Shown: piece by piece, positions 1 through 13,710 of the stretch
Layout: each line of letters opens with the position of its first letter
Position numbering within the stretch: position 1 is the first letter of the stretch
From: Macrostomum lignano
Taxonomy: Eukaryota
Direction: 5' to 3'
Length of the DNA: 64,000 nt
NCBI GenBank assembly: GCA_002269645.1
Contig: NIVC01001232.1
Coordinates: 20,393-84,392 of the forward strand
The notes under the pieces: model-generated
What the model was told of the DNA's origin: nothing
The model's input: the letters and a program-made list of their open reading frames with translations, nothing else
Databases searched by the model: none
Program-made: the position numbers and the translations under genes

Positions 1-158
1 TCATGTTAGTTCATCTTGTGGGTAATGTTTTTTTATAAAAAAATCATAGCATTAAGTACTTTAAAGTACTTTAAAAGCAGAGGGTTTTTTATTTCCAAAT
101 ATTGATCTTGAATTTTGTTTGGGGAATCTTTGCATAATTTACACTATATGTATTTTGT

Positions 159-925
159 ATGTGTGGGTTCCCCAACAGATATTCACCAGACAGATATTTT
201 TTTCTTCAGGCTGATAATTCAAACAAAAAATGAATTCATGTTTCGGGATACATTCCTTACTCTGACGCCATATTCAGCTTTAAAAATTTGTAAGCAGAAA
301 TTTTCTGTCCCAAAGAAAAAAAAATTGGCATGAATGCAAAGTGTGTTAAAAGACGAATTCATTGGTACCCCTTACAAACACATTTTGGAAGCAAATATCT
401 CGGGAAATACAAAAGAGAATCATGTGTCTAAGATGTCATTGCAAAGCTGAGACATGCGTCAAGAAGTGATAAAAGTTTCAGAGCAAATAATTAAAGCATT
501 GAGACGCAGCAATAAATCAAAGTTTTGGTTTATCTTGGTTGAAGATTGTTGATCAACAAAAACTTTGATTTATTGCTGCGTCTCAATACTTCAATCATTT
601 GCTCTGAAACTTTTATCACTTCTTGACGCATGTCTCAGCTTTGCAATGACATCTTAGACACATGATTCTCTTTTGTATTTCCCGAGATATTTGCTTCCAA
701 AATGTGTTTGTAAGGGGTGCCAATGAATTCGTCTTTTAACACACTTTGCATTCATGCCAATTTTTTTTTCTTTGGGACAGAAAATTTCTGCTTACAAATT
801 TTTAAAGCTGAATATGGCGTCAGAGTAAGGAATGTATCCCGAAACATGAATTCATTTTTTGTTTGAATTATCAGCCCGAAGAAAAAATATCTGTCTGGTG
901 AATATCTGTCGGGGAACCCACACAT
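159..925. mobile_element. Foldback/MULE-like non-autonomous DNA element (near-perfect palindrome, arms ~370 bp)
   Basis: 159-~528 is the reverse complement of ~555-925 with few mismatches. A 9-bp direct repeat GTATTTTGT flanks both ends (150-158 and 926-934). Confidence 0.85.
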
Positions 926-2699
926 GTATTTTGTTTTTGTATGAGCAATAAATCAAAAGTAAAAAATTGATTGTTGGTCATCCTCAATTTTTTTCTGAAT
1001 TTTCAATTTCAATTTCAATTTTGATAGAAAATTCACTTTTTGAATATCTCTTTAATTGCTACAAATTAATGTGTGCACATAGCTTGTAGGCTTGAAAATT
1101 TTTATGGCAAATGAAATCATTAAATTGTTAGATGAAATGACTTTCTACAAATATTTGCAAATGAAAAAGTGGCAAACACGTAGCAGATGAAATCACCATT
1201 GATTTAAATAAGCCACTAATATAATATAACATACTATAATAATATAATAATAATAATAATATGCCTAGTAAATAATTTTCCTTAGATTATAAATGCTATT
1301 ATAGAAAAATTTCTATTTTAATTTAATAGAACATTTTAAAGATATCTTTTGCAGGCCTCTACACTACCACACTTTGGATCATGTAGTATATGCCCAAAAA
1401 TTTGGATGTGCATTAATCTTGCATGCCAAAGGTAGGCCTAGGCATGGCATGCACAGCACAGTTAGCAAACATCACTCTTAAGAAAATAGTGTATGCACAC
1501 TTGGCATGCACTTTATAGAATTACACAAGAGTTATTGTAAAATAGAAAAATAATGAAAAAAGTTTAATTTTTGTTTGGGCATGCACCCAGAATTATCTGG
1601 ACTATGGCTACACTGCTACAGGCCTACACAAAGTAATCTATATTAAAATTATATTAGGACATGATGACTTGTGGCTATACCCCCCTCCAATTCATTAGCA
1701 TCCTTACTTAGGGCCTAAGCTGAAAAGGATGTATATAGAAAGGAATAAATTACTTTTTAAAGACTTTTGTTATCAGTCATCTAAACCCAGAGCTTAATAT
1801 ATTGTCAGCAATTTTATACTGTAACTGCAACTTTGTAAACCCTAATATTATGAGCTTACCTGTGAATCAAATCTATTTAGCAGGGCATGAACCCATTCAC
1901 CAGGTTTACGATCAGCCATTTATTACTAGCGCCAAAATTCAAACACCCATAAAAAGCAAGACTAGTGAGTTTTTAGTAATCAGTATAAATGAGTAAAAGA
2001 GTTAAATATAAGCGAAATTTGACGAATTTGATAGAAGAATGATGGCACTAAAACTTTTTATTCGAATTTTAAATAGGCGATTCCCATAGTTTAAGGTACG
2101 ATAAAGAGATACAAACAGTTGGTAGTTACAAAACGCAAATTTTTTTATTAAATTTTACTACTTTACTAAATTGGATTTATACTTAAACAAAAACAATATT
2201 GTTTCTTGTAAAGATACATTTTAGATTATCGCTTTTTAGGTAAGCAAGATAAAACAATTTCCAAGAATTAAAAAATAGAATTTAGGTACATTAGCGCCAG
2301 AGTATTCAACATAATAATTATAAAATTTTATTCTTTATTTGATTTCGTTTAATTTTTAAGGAAAATATTTACCATTGCATTGTAAACATTGAATTACGTG
2401 GTCAAATTGGTACCCGAGCCATGCAGTAAATGGAACAGAAAGCACTTAGACTGGTGGCCGCTGCACTGCAGACCTCCGTCACCCCCAGGCAATTATAACT
2501 AATTATAAAAGCATTATTTATTCACTATTTTTGTAGTCTAAATTAAAAGAGCTTCTTGGAGGACCATAAATAAATTGTTGGATACGGTGTACATGTGCAT
2601 GTACTACGTCTCAGGGACGTTTCTGCAATCAACAATTAAAAGAAATCTTTGAAGAAGACTCTATTGGATACGTAAAATTAATTTTTTGCACCCCCGTGC

Positions 2700-5697
2700 A
2701 AATATTAGTGCTGACACCTGGTATCGCGGCCAGATCACCGGACCGCGCAAGACGTCGGTTGGCTTGGACGCCGTGCCTCGGCTGCGGCAGCAGAGCTCAG
2801 CACAGCAGGGACTCGCAGAGGTCGGCGCAGCGCGCAACGTCGCACTGAGCGGCGGCGCGAGCGCAACCGACGAGGGCGACTCCATGGCGCGGCCATGCAG
2901 GCGCCTGTCGCCCCCAGTCCCTGGTATTTGAACTATGGATCCGCCGGGTGGCTTCGGGAACCACGACGCAAATCTCCATCTGGCCCCAGCTGTACCAGAA
3001 CTCTTAAGGCCCCCTGACGTCGCATCACTCTCGCCAGCTGACCCACGACCTACAGCTGGACCTCATCATGCTGCAGGAGATTTCTAATCGTGGCTGAGCC
3101 GGGGCTCCTCTCTTAGGATCTCGGAGTCGGCTGCAGCCTCCTGTACACGTCGGCAGACGACTGCGGCCGGGGCTTTGTCGGTGTGCTGATCGCGGACCGC
3201 GCCTTTGGCTGAGCGTGCACAGCGCTTCGCGGGTCGACCTGTGCCTGCGCGCCCGCTGCATCCGGCTGTTTTGCGCGTATGCACCCACCGCTGCTCACCC
3301 CGAGGAGGCTCGTGCCTTCGTCGACTTCCTGGCTAAGCAGCTGGAAGAGGTGCCAAACCGCGACACGCCGGCGATGCTCGTAGACCTGAACGCAGTTCCG
3401 CGGAGGTTCGAGCGTTCGCCCTATGTCGCAGCAGGACGCGAGAACGCCAACACCGATGCGCTGGAGGATCTGCTTGACCGGCTGGACCTGGTGTCCGCGA
3501 ACACCCAGTTCTGCAAGCCCCCCTGCCCGCCTAGTCACCTTTGCGGGCTGAAAGAGAAGGCGACGGAGCGCACGCGCCCGGACCGCCACGAGAAGACTGG
3601 CGCGACTCGATCATGCGCTGGTTCGCACTCGCGAGCGCCGCCGCGTCACCAACTGCGACATCATGGCTCCTATGGCTCTCCGGTCAAACCATTGACTTCT
3701 GCTCTGTGACTTGCGGCTCCACGACCAGCTCTACCGACCGCCAAAGCAGCGACCACGGTGTTACTATCGCGCTCTGTCGGATACCCGCGTGAAGCGTCAT
3801 TTCGCGGGCGCCTTCATCGGCGCGCTTGGAGACCAGCGCGAGGCGACGTATTACGACATCAGCACCGCTATTAGAGCCGCTGTCGAGCAGACGGTCCGGC
3901 TGTTGCGGCCAGCGCAGAAATCGCTGCATGTCTAACAGAGCGACCCGACCATCAGGCAGGCGCGGCTCAACATGGAGCGACTCCGCAGAAACCGGTGGCC
4001 CACAGGCGACGCTGAAGACGCATTTGAGCGCCTCCTAGATGAGCGGCTTCAGGCCGCTGTCGACGACGCCGTCCGGTTCATCACTGCAGCCGGCCCCGAC
4101 GTGAAGAGCAGGGCTGTGTGGACGGCCGTCCGGACCCTGACGGGGCGCAAAAGGCGCGTGGCGCTGAACCTGGCCGGCGACACCACGGAAGAGCGCAGGA
4201 ATGAATTGCGCGACTTCTTCGCCGGCATCGTGAACACGCCCGCTTCCCCGCTGCCTACCAGTTTTGCACTCCCATTGGACACGCCGCTCCCAGCTGAGGA
4301 CTTTTGCGCCACCCCAGTCACCACGGAGGACGTTGTGCTGTTCGCTCGGAACACATCAGGTGGCAACGCGCACGGCCCCGACGAAGTTCCGGTCGAAGCG
4401 CAACGGCTCTGCTGTGTCGCGTCATGAACCGCGTGCTCGTCGGCGCCCCCGCGCCCACCGAGTGGACCGTTGCGCACATCGTGCCGATCCCGAAGAAGGC
4501 AGGGACAACGCGGAAAGAAGACCACCGCGGAATCGCGCTGATGTCCTGCACCGCGAAGCTCTTCAACCGGCTGCTGCTCGATAGTCTGCAGTCGGTGCTA
4601 GACCCGTACCTGCGGTGCGAGCAGAACGGATTCCGGCCGCAACGCGGTACAGTTACACAGATCCTTGCACTCCGCCGTGTCATCGAGGAGGCGCACATCC
4701 GCCAGTCTACGCTGATCATTGTCTTCGTTGACTTTCGAAAGGCGTTTGACTCGGTGTTGAGAGCCGCGCTTCCCTTTGTCCTTCGAGCCTACCGGATACC
4801 CAAGCAGCTAATCGACTCTGTCATGGCGCTGTATTACGACACTCGAGCTGCTGTGGTGACGGCGGACGGCTTGTCTGACCTGTTCGACACTTTCTCTTCC
4901 TCTTCGTGCTGCTGCTGGACTGGGTGCTTCAGACCACACTCCCCTCGGCTGACGACGGCTTCCTGCTGCGCAGACGTATCGGTCGCGCTACGGCGAAAAG
5001 CGTCTGAGCGTGCTTGGCTACGCCGACGACCTCGCCTTCCTATCCTCGTCCGTTGAAGGCGCCCAGCGCCAGATTGACAGGCTGGTCAAGGTGGTATCGA
5101 GCGTCGGTCTGGTTGTCAACACGCTGAAGACCGAGGTGCTGACTGTGCCGGCCGACATCCCAGCGGACCTGATGTGCCGCGGCGCAAACGGGCAGACGAC
5201 CAGGCTCGCACGCTGCCAGCGGTTCACCTACCTTGGCGGTCTGGTGCCTCACGTGGAAGAAGACCTCTGGCGGCCTAGAGGGGACTTGCCTGGGCGGCCT
5301 TCCGTTCAATCCGGGCCGCCGTCCAGTCCGAAGCGCTGCCCGACCGCCAGAGGGCTCGGCTGTGGCAGGCGGTGGTCGAAACCGTCCTGCTCTTTAACGC
5401 CGAGACGTGGATGCTGAGAGCCACGCTGGAGCGGCAGTTGGACTCGGCGCACTCAGGGCTGCTCCGTGCGGCCTTTCGAGCTGACGAGAGCGTCGGGACC
5501 GAGGCCCTGTACGATCGGGCCAAGCTGCAGCGCCCGTCTATCATCCTGCGCCGGCGGTGACTTCAACTGGCGGGCCACGTGATTCGGGCCAAGGGCAACT
5601 GCCCCCAACCTGCTCAGGACGTCCTGCTGCTTACCTTGCAGGGCCCACTCAGGCGGGGTCAGGCCAAAACCCGTCGATACGTGGACTGCCTCCTACG
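2700..5697 (+). mobile_element. Decayed APE-type non-LTR retrotransposon (LINE; endonuclease + RT, several frameshifts, 3' end missing)
   Basis: Endonuclease motifs LDLIMLQE, IRLFCAYAPT and RLDHALV. RT motifs IVPIPKK..DHRGIALMS, QNGFRPQRGT, VFVDFRKAFDSV and YADD (LGYADDLAFL at ~5010), split over frames. Confidence 0.9.
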
Positions 5698-8600
5698 CGT
5701 CTGCAGGAGATCCGGCGTGAAGGATGAGAAGGAGGAAGGGTTTTCGTCCAAGACCGACTTCTTCATAAGTCTCATGGGGGAAACTGCCTACGACAAGCTG
5801 CGGAACCTGGTCGCTCCGGCGAAGCCAGAGAACAAAAACTTCAAGGAATTGAAGGATGAAATTGAGAAGCATGTCGTGCCGCAGAAGAAACTGGTTGTAG
5901 CTGAGCGCTACAAGTTTAACTTACTGAAGCAAGATGAATACGAATCAGCGGCAGATTTTGAGAACAGGTTACGTGCTCAAGCTGACCGATGTCAATTCGG
6001 AGATTTCCTACAGGAAGCTTTGAGAGACAGATTCGTAGCAGGACTGCGCAGTGAGTCGGTGGTGAAAGAGCTGCTTATCAAAGACCCGCTGACCCTGGAG
6101 CTGGCGGTGGAGACTGCCACGGCGCAAGAGCAAGTAAGCAAGAGTGCCTTAAGCGCTAATGGAAAGGTGGAAACAGTCAGTGCGACCAAGGGCAGAGTAC
6201 AACAACAAAACAGGGCCCAAGCTCAGGGACGCACATTCAGCTAGGCTTGCAATTTCTGTATGAAAAGGCACCCGCCAAAGGCATGCCCCGCGTTTGGAGC
6301 AAAATGTCGAAAATGTAAGAAAATGAACCATTTTGAAGCTGCATGCAAGCTTAACAAGCCAGCTAGCTCACATGGAAGGATGGCATCCGGCTCCATCAAA
6401 GGAAAGCCATCAATGCGAGAGTGTGCAGGAATCGAGGAGGAGGATAAACCAGCCAAGGACAATGAGCTTTTTAGCCTATGCGATGACCGGGACAGATCAA
6501 GCGTCTGGATCAATGTAAAACTGAACGATAAGGACGTTGCTATGATGGTGAATTCTGAAGCATCAGTGACCTGCATTCCTAAGATTTTGGCTGAACAACT
6601 AGAACTGCATTAGACAGACCCAAATTGTCGACTAACATCATACGGAGGACAAGACCTACCAGTATGTGGTACCGCAGATGTTCGAGTTCAGACCGAAGAT
6701 GAAAGTGAGTGCTCATTACCTGAGGTAGTCATGGATATGAACGCAAAGCTGGTTATTGACCGAAATTGGTTTAGTATTTGGGTATTGAAGTTACTAAGCG
6801 TCGTTGTCAAGCTGCAGTGGCTTTTAAGTGAATTCAAGTGAAGTTGGAAGTCCGAGAAAACACGAGACCGGTGGTATCAAGGGCCCGACCCATTTTCGCT
6901 GGTACCAGCCGTTAAGAAAAGATTTTAAGATCTGGAAATGCGGAAGATCATTGAAAAAGTAGAGCAGCCGGTGTTCGCTAGTCCGATTGTAGTCGTTCCC
7001 AAAAGCTCGGGAGACATCAGGCTGTGTGGAGACTATAGATGGGTCAACCAGTTTTTACGGCTACCGCCAATCGATATGCCAACAAAGGCGGATGTGCAAC
7101 GAGCCATTTCAGGATGCAGTCGTTTCACTGTGCTAGATCTGAAGGATGCATACCATAACCTTGAGCTGTGCGAGGACTCACGGGATATCACTATTATCGC
7201 AACACCTTTTGGTTACTTTCGGTACAGGGTATTACCATGCGGACTGTCATCTGCTCCTTGATTGTTTCAGAACATTCTATGTGAGTTGCTTCGGGATGTC
7301 CTCGGAGTGTTGGTGTTCATTGACGACATTCTAGTCTGTGGAAAAAACCGGGAAAGTTTGGCCGAGAAGACGGAAATAATACTTAAAAGGCTGCAAGAGA
7401 ATGACATCACACTGAATGCTAAGAAGTGCCAGTTCGACAACGAGGAGGTCGAGTTTCTAGCCCTTAAGATCTCAAAGGAGGGATGCTGCATGAACGAGGA
7501 TAAGGTGATGGTAATACAAAGCATAGAAGATCCAAGAAACCAGGAAGAGCTGAGAACATTTCTGGGACTGATAAATTTCTATGCGCCGTTCATTCCGCAA
7601 GTGGCCACGAAGACTGCCATTCTGTATGACCTGCTGAAGAAAGATGTCAGCTGGACATGGCAACAAGAACACACGGAGGCCGTGGCCCGTGATGCAATTG
7701 AAGCAGGACATTACATCAAGGCAGGTGCTAGCGCCGTACGATCCAAGTGAGTAGCTAACTCTGACTACAGATACATCGCCCTCCGGCATTGGAGGAGTGC
7801 TGGAGCAGAATGGAAGGCCTGTAGCGTTTGTGTCCAAGAAACTCACACCTGTCGAGTCGCGATACAGCCAACTTGAGCGAGAAGCTCTTGGTGTGGTTTT
7901 GTGCGTCAAGAAGCTAAATAGATTTTTAGCCTATCGAAGTTTTGTGATTGTGACAGATCACAGGCCGCTAGAATTTCTGTTCGCATCTCACAAGGACCTC
8001 CCTGAAAGAGCGAGCAAACGAGTGCAGCGCTGGGCGGAACTGCTTGCAACGTACCAATATAACATGAGGGAAACGGACACAAGAAATTCCACATGCAGAC
8101 GCGCTATCAAGACTTCCAACTGACGGAAACAACTGGAGTGATAGGTCAGCGACTGAAGCCGTGAACGAAATCGCTGTGGTGGATATCGCCTTGTCCGATG
8201 AAGGACCAGTCACCACTAGAACAGGTGGTCCAAGAAGACAAGGAGATTCAAGACGTTCTCAGTCGATTGCGATCTGCTGAAGATGTGACAGAGCAGACAG
8301 AGCAGCGTTCCGAAGAGTGCAGAATAGACTAAGCTGTGGTGATAATCTACTACTTTTTGATAATCGAATCGTCATCCTTGCAAAATTGAGAGCACAAGTT
8401 ATGCGTTTTCTTCACGATTCTCATCCGGGAATGCAAGCGATGAAAGCATGGGCACGACAGTATGTTTAGTGGCCCAATATGGAAGCCGAGATAGAAAAGT
8501 GCGTGGCAGAGTGTCGCACGTGTCAACGCCTAAGACCTTCACAGAAAGCTGTGCTCAGACCATGGCCAGTGCCAAAGGAAGCCTGGTGCCGAGTTCATGC

Positions 8601-9293
8601 TGACCTAGGTCAATTAGAAGGAAGAATTTTCTGGTGGTTTTGGACGCCGAATTTTTTGCTGCCGAATGGGTTCGAGATATTGACGCAGCGGCTGTGATTC
8701 AAGTGCTGCGAAGAACATTTTGCAAGTTCGGCATCCGGGAAGTACTCGTCACTGACAATGGACGACAGTTCGTTGCTAATGAAACGGAAGCCTGGTTGAA
8801 GCGGATGTGAGTGCTACATCTTAAGTCTCCTTGATATCATCCCGCTTCGAATGGCGTGGCCGAGGTCGCAGTAAAAAGGTTGAAAACCAAGTTTAAAACA
8901 GCTTAACGACCCAGACCCGGAAGTTCCAAAGCAACAGGCTTTGTACGCCATTCGTGTCTGCCCGAGAGCCAACGGTGTCGCTTCGTGTCGAGAAATGTTT
9001 GGTCGCGAGTTCAATACGAGGAATTGTCACTGTTACATCGTCGGTCGTTTCAGGACAAGAAAACCGATCAAGTCCACAATCCTGTGTGGGTTCAAGACCC
9101 CTTTAACAAGGAGTGGAGGGAGAAGGAGTAATTCAAGAAGCGATTAGCGAACAGCTGAAACGAGTGTGGGACCATCAAGGACGAGACCTGGTGGTACACA
9201 GGGACCATGTCAGAGACAGAGCAGAGGCAACTAACAGAGCGGATCCGGAGACCACCAGAGAGGTACCAAGTATCTTAAAGGAAAAAGGGATAA
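5698..9293 (+). mobile_element. Decayed Ty3/Gypsy (Mag-like) LTR retrotransposon internal region: gag, PR, RT, RNase H, IN; 5' LTR absent
   Basis: Gag ...YDKLRNLVAP..VVAERYKF..LRDRFVAGL with tandem Zn knuckles (CNFC..HPPKACPA; CRKCKKMNHFEAAC). Degenerate protease VNSEAS; RT ASPIVVVPKSSGDIRLCGDY, VLDLKDAY, FIDD; RNase H YSQLEREAL, TDHRPL; integrase LHDSHPG..CRTC. Many stops and frameshifts. Confidence 0.9.
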
Positions 9294-9640
9294 TGTGACT
9301 TGACTGAGTACTCGTACTTGTATTTATATTGTCAGTTTAGACCGTTTTGCTTTTTTCTATGGGCTCGCATGAAGCCAAGAGACAGTACCAGCTTTAAAGC
9401 CCGCTGTGTGGCAAGCTAAAATATAGAAGAACCTTAAGAGGTCTGGAGCGTAAGAAGTACGCAATTATTTTGCAGCACTACTTGACGACTTGTGCAGCTT
9501 ATTTTAAATTCAAGACATAACATACGGGATTTGCAAGAAAGAAATCTGATAGAAAAAGATATTGCCCATTGAGAAATTTGATTGCTATCCAAAATCTTCT
9601 AGCCGAACTCTATAGCTGCTAAGCCGAAGCTTAGGAGTCT
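9278..9640 (+). mobile_element. Polypurine tract (9278-9290) and probable start of the Gypsy 3' LTR (TG at 9294; right end not defined)
   Basis: AAGGAAAAAGGGA followed 3 nt later by TGTGAC, directly after the integrase remnant. No second LTR copy is available in the window to confirm. Confidence 0.45.
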
Positions 9641-9670
9641 GCCGGTGAGTTTCCAGCGATCAGACGAAAG

Positions 9671-9715
9671 NNNNNNNNNNNNNNNNNNNNNNNNNNNNNN
9701 NNNNNNNNNNNNNNN
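9671..9715. other. Assembly gap (45 N)
   Basis: Run of N. The flanks match 11102-11134 and 11231-~11337. Confidence 1.
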
Positions 9716-10619
9716 TCGTCAACCAATCCGGACGTATTTATAGGAACGGCGGCTATTCAAATCACGCGGTCTCACAGTTGGTCGCGAAGTTGGAGTGAAG
9801 CCCGCTGGCTGCACGAGGAGCAGTGACCCGTGACCCATTAGTCCAGTCCATGGACTCAACAGTCGTTACGCGGCCTTCAATCCGACCCAATTGGAGATTT
9901 CGACTGGCAAATTTCAAATTCGGCTAGCAGATTTCGAATTAATTATCGAACTTTCATATAGACCCCCCGATACGTAAACGCGCCATAGCTCGTAGCATAT
10001 GGGTCTGACTTATCCGCTCGCTCGCAGTGCGATGCTCCCTGACTTTTTAAATTTCGGGCTGCACGTTACACATGTAAATAACGTACAAGCTATTGCAATA
10101 TTTCTGGAAAATTAGCTTTACGCATAAAGAGCTAAGCTAGATTACATTCTATAGCTCATTGTAGTTTGATATACGAGCTAGATAATACAAAGTGTTGGAG
10201 AAAAGCATTAAAAAATCTGTTCTTTGGTGCTATAACTAGGCTTTGCCTGCGTGGCTACAGTATACGCTTGTATTGAGGGGTTTGGCAGCGCTTTTGAAAG
10301 CATATTCTCACACAGTTCACTTCTTCGTGTCGTAAATGTATGCACATCTATCTCTCTCGCCCTGCCGCACTTGGCTACCCAGGCGAAAAAAAATTAGGCA
10401 ACGTCTGCTTGTTGTTTGGTTGGCAGAATTGTCTTACCTTAAAGACACTATTTAGTCGTACTCCTGCTTACACGAACGAGAGTTTAGGTATAATGTACAA
10501 TAAATTTCGAATTTTCTATTATTTCTGTAGCCTGTCTTGCCAGTCCCGCGCTGAAATGCGATGATATAATTTCAGAGCACTGCAAGCATATTATTTTTCT
10601 TTCAAAGCGCACTAAAGTA

Positions 10620-11804
10620 ATGGCTGCAACGATGGCGCTGCCAGCTGAGCATAGCAATCTGCACAAGGCAACTGCAGCGCGCGTCGGACTGAACAGAGTT
10701 CTGGTTAGCCACCTACAATCTGCAGTACCGTCTTCACGAGATGGTCCAAGTCGACGAACTAACAGTTACAGTGGTGAACAATTCTACTTTCAGCTGCTCA
10801 AAAATCAGGTTCAGATTCCCGGGCAAGTGTCACCGACGTGCGAAGCTCGACGGACGGACAGCAAAAAACAAAGCACCAGCTTGGAGCAACAGAGATTCTC
10901 GACGCACGTCAGTACTGGTCCGACGACGAGAACTGGCACGCGAAGAGTCAACACAGACGACCGGTCAGGCAGAGCCGCACGCTTGGCCAGTCAGACGCAG
11001 CACGCAGGCCTATTACAGTAACTGCCCTAAAAGCCAGAATCCGACGGCAGCGAAGAATCAGGCAAGCCACGGCAGACGAGGCAGCAACGTCCGAGGAGGA
11101 GTCTGCCGGTGAGTTTCCAGCGATCAGACGAAAGAAGTTCACCAGGCCTAGCAGAAGCGAGATCGCCGGTCAGCAGACGCAACTAGCTGCTAACAATGGC
11201 TTTCACAACGGTAACGCAATCGTGTACCCTTCGTCAACCAATCCGGACGTATTTTATAGAACGGCGGCTATTCAAATCACGCCCGGTCTCACAGTTGGTC
11301 GCGAAGTTGGAGTGAAGCCCGCTGGCTGCACGAGGAATTCCAGACGCGGGGCTCAGAACTGGGAAACGTTTCAGCTCAGCCGCCTGCTAGACAGGGTCGA
11401 CGGCTGACCTCATTCGGCGAAGGTTCTGTACCAGTTCCACGCGGTCGGAAGCCATCTCGAGATGGTTACGCTGGACAGTTTTTATCCCGGGTAATCAAGT
11501 ACAGGTAACCGCAGAGAAGAGTGCTCCGGCAATACGGTTTAAAAAGAGAGTGCAAATTAGCGATCAAGAAAATTCAGCTGAGAGATTTCGTCAGTTTTGG
11601 AAGGACACACTTATGAGTCAGGACATTTATAGCCCGGTTGATGACTCAGTTCCGCATCAAACAGCGGCTACTGGCAGTCAGTCCGTCGGAGATCCGTTTG
11701 TTCGAGTCTCTGTTGAGCCAACCAAAGTGGTGATCAAACCCGATCTGACACGGAAGCAGCCGGCTTCTGGCTACCAATTAAAGAGGAACTATGGTTTCTT
11801 TTAG
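10620..11804 (+). pseudogene. Unidentified coding-like relic (overlapping frame-shifted ORFs), partly duplicated at 9640-9830
   Basis: GC-richer than its flanks, with ORFs 10620-11021, 10838-11407 and 11550-11804 and an AATAAA at ~11893. No family recognised. Confidence 0.25.
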
Positions 11805-12796
11805 CCGTCGGCATTCTTTCATAAGTCCCTGATTGATCAGTTTTAAATTTTATGATTAAATGTACGACTTGTAACTCAGTTGTCATATGTGGAATAAATG
11901 ATTTTATTCTGTAAACTTTTTTCTACTTTGTAAACGTTCAGCTGATTTAATTGGGTATTAGGAAACCACAAGAACGTATTTGATTCTATGCTTTGAAACT
12001 GATTGAAAGTTTATCAGCTATTACCTTCGATTCATAATTAGCACACTAGCTCATATATATTGTATGTTCATATAAAGCTGAAACCTCAACTCAAACACTC
12101 GATCACTTGTTCGTGTTTGTGCCCTGGAGAAGCGAACTTACGCATCGTTAAATGAGGACAACGCACTCGCTGCTCGTACGTAATGTTTGAAGTCTGGCTA
12201 TTTACTGCATAATAATTGCATTAAAACAGTTGGTACACAACAGAAAAAGAAACAATTGTAGCCAATGAGACAGCAGCATCGGTCGCTATTATTGGAATAT
12301 TTGGTATGTATTTTAGTAGCATTGTACGAATTATAGCTTCGGGGCGGGGATTTTCAGTTTTTAGCATTACTCATTTTTACGATCGTACATGCATGTACAT
12401 GTACGATAGAATTACTGGTATGCTCAAAATTAAGTCCTAAAATTTTTATACTCAGCGCACTTTTCTCAATATGCTAAAATGTGCGTACGTGTAAGCCTTG
12501 ATAATAAATTTTATGAGCGTATTTTATCTTACAAAATGCAAATTCTTCCAAATGCACTTGAAAACGGGAATTACGTAAAAAGGCCTGCTTAACGTGTACA
12601 TCAGTACATGCAACTGCAGTTCGGAGAAATGGTGTAAATTTTATGTTCAGCCTAAAAAATATACCAACGCGAGTGCAGAGTCAGCTTTTTAATTAAGTAC
12701 AATCTTTTGGTCACTTACGTGTACAACTTACATGTATTATATTATAACATTCGTGTGCATTAATGTAGCTTGATTACATACATGTACCTGTATATG

Positions 12797-13192
12797 CAGG
12801 GGCGTCGCAATCGAGGGGGGACAGGGGCCGGGGGACTTGTCCCCCCCCCCAGTAAAAGCTATGGGGGGACATGCCAATGCTTTGCCCCTCCCACCCCACC
12901 TTGTGACCCGAGTTGGAAATCAATAACGTTGCTTTTAGGGCGACAATAGCGCCTGTACGTGGCACCAAAATGAGTGCCTGCGGCGCTAAAATGATCATCA
13001 GTGCCTGCGGCGCCAAAATGAGTTCTTTCGGCGCTTAAAATAAGTGCTTCGGCGCCAAAATATAAGCGCTGACAACATGCACCGATTCTGAAAATAATGA
13101 ACATGTAGGAATTTATAGTCCCGTGCTTGTCATGTTACATGTAGAATTCTGGCCTTGTGCCCCACCATAAAAAATCCATGGCGACGCCCCTG
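12797..13192. mobile_element. hAT-like MITE
   Basis: TIR CAGGGGCGTCGCAAT / ATGGCGACGCCCCTG (14/15 match). 8-bp flanking repeat TGTATATG/TGTATATT. Internal short repeats GTGCCTGCGGCGC. Confidence 0.75.
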
Positions 13193-13710
13193 TGTATATT
13201 AACTATACATGTAAGATAGCTATACATGCAGCTGTACGCGTGTGAAGAATTTAATGTAATGTTCATTACATCAATGTAAGCTAATCGTGGATTGATCGAG
13301 TCATATTGGATGAAAATTTTGAAATTTCGACCATGCATGCACTGCACTTTTACGTGCAACATACAGGCAAGGACTACTCAAGTAGAACTACTCTACTACT
13401 ATGCTACTTGAGTAGTCCTGCAAGTGTCCTTGCAAATATAGATTACTTTGCATTTTTAAAGCTACATACTAAATAAAAACATTTTTATGCTAATAAAAAT
13501 GAAGTATACATGGAAAAGAAGCTGAAATGCAGCAAAAAGACTTCTAAATACTGTTATGTTTATTAGTTGTAATGTTTTGTTAACTCATATTGAATAAATT
13601 TAAACGTTTGAAGTGTGTTTCTTTGAAAGGCCAGTTTTAGCACAAAATACAACTCCTTGTCAGGTTATTAGTTCTTTTGTCTATATCTGACTTATAAGTA
13701 CACAGACGCA

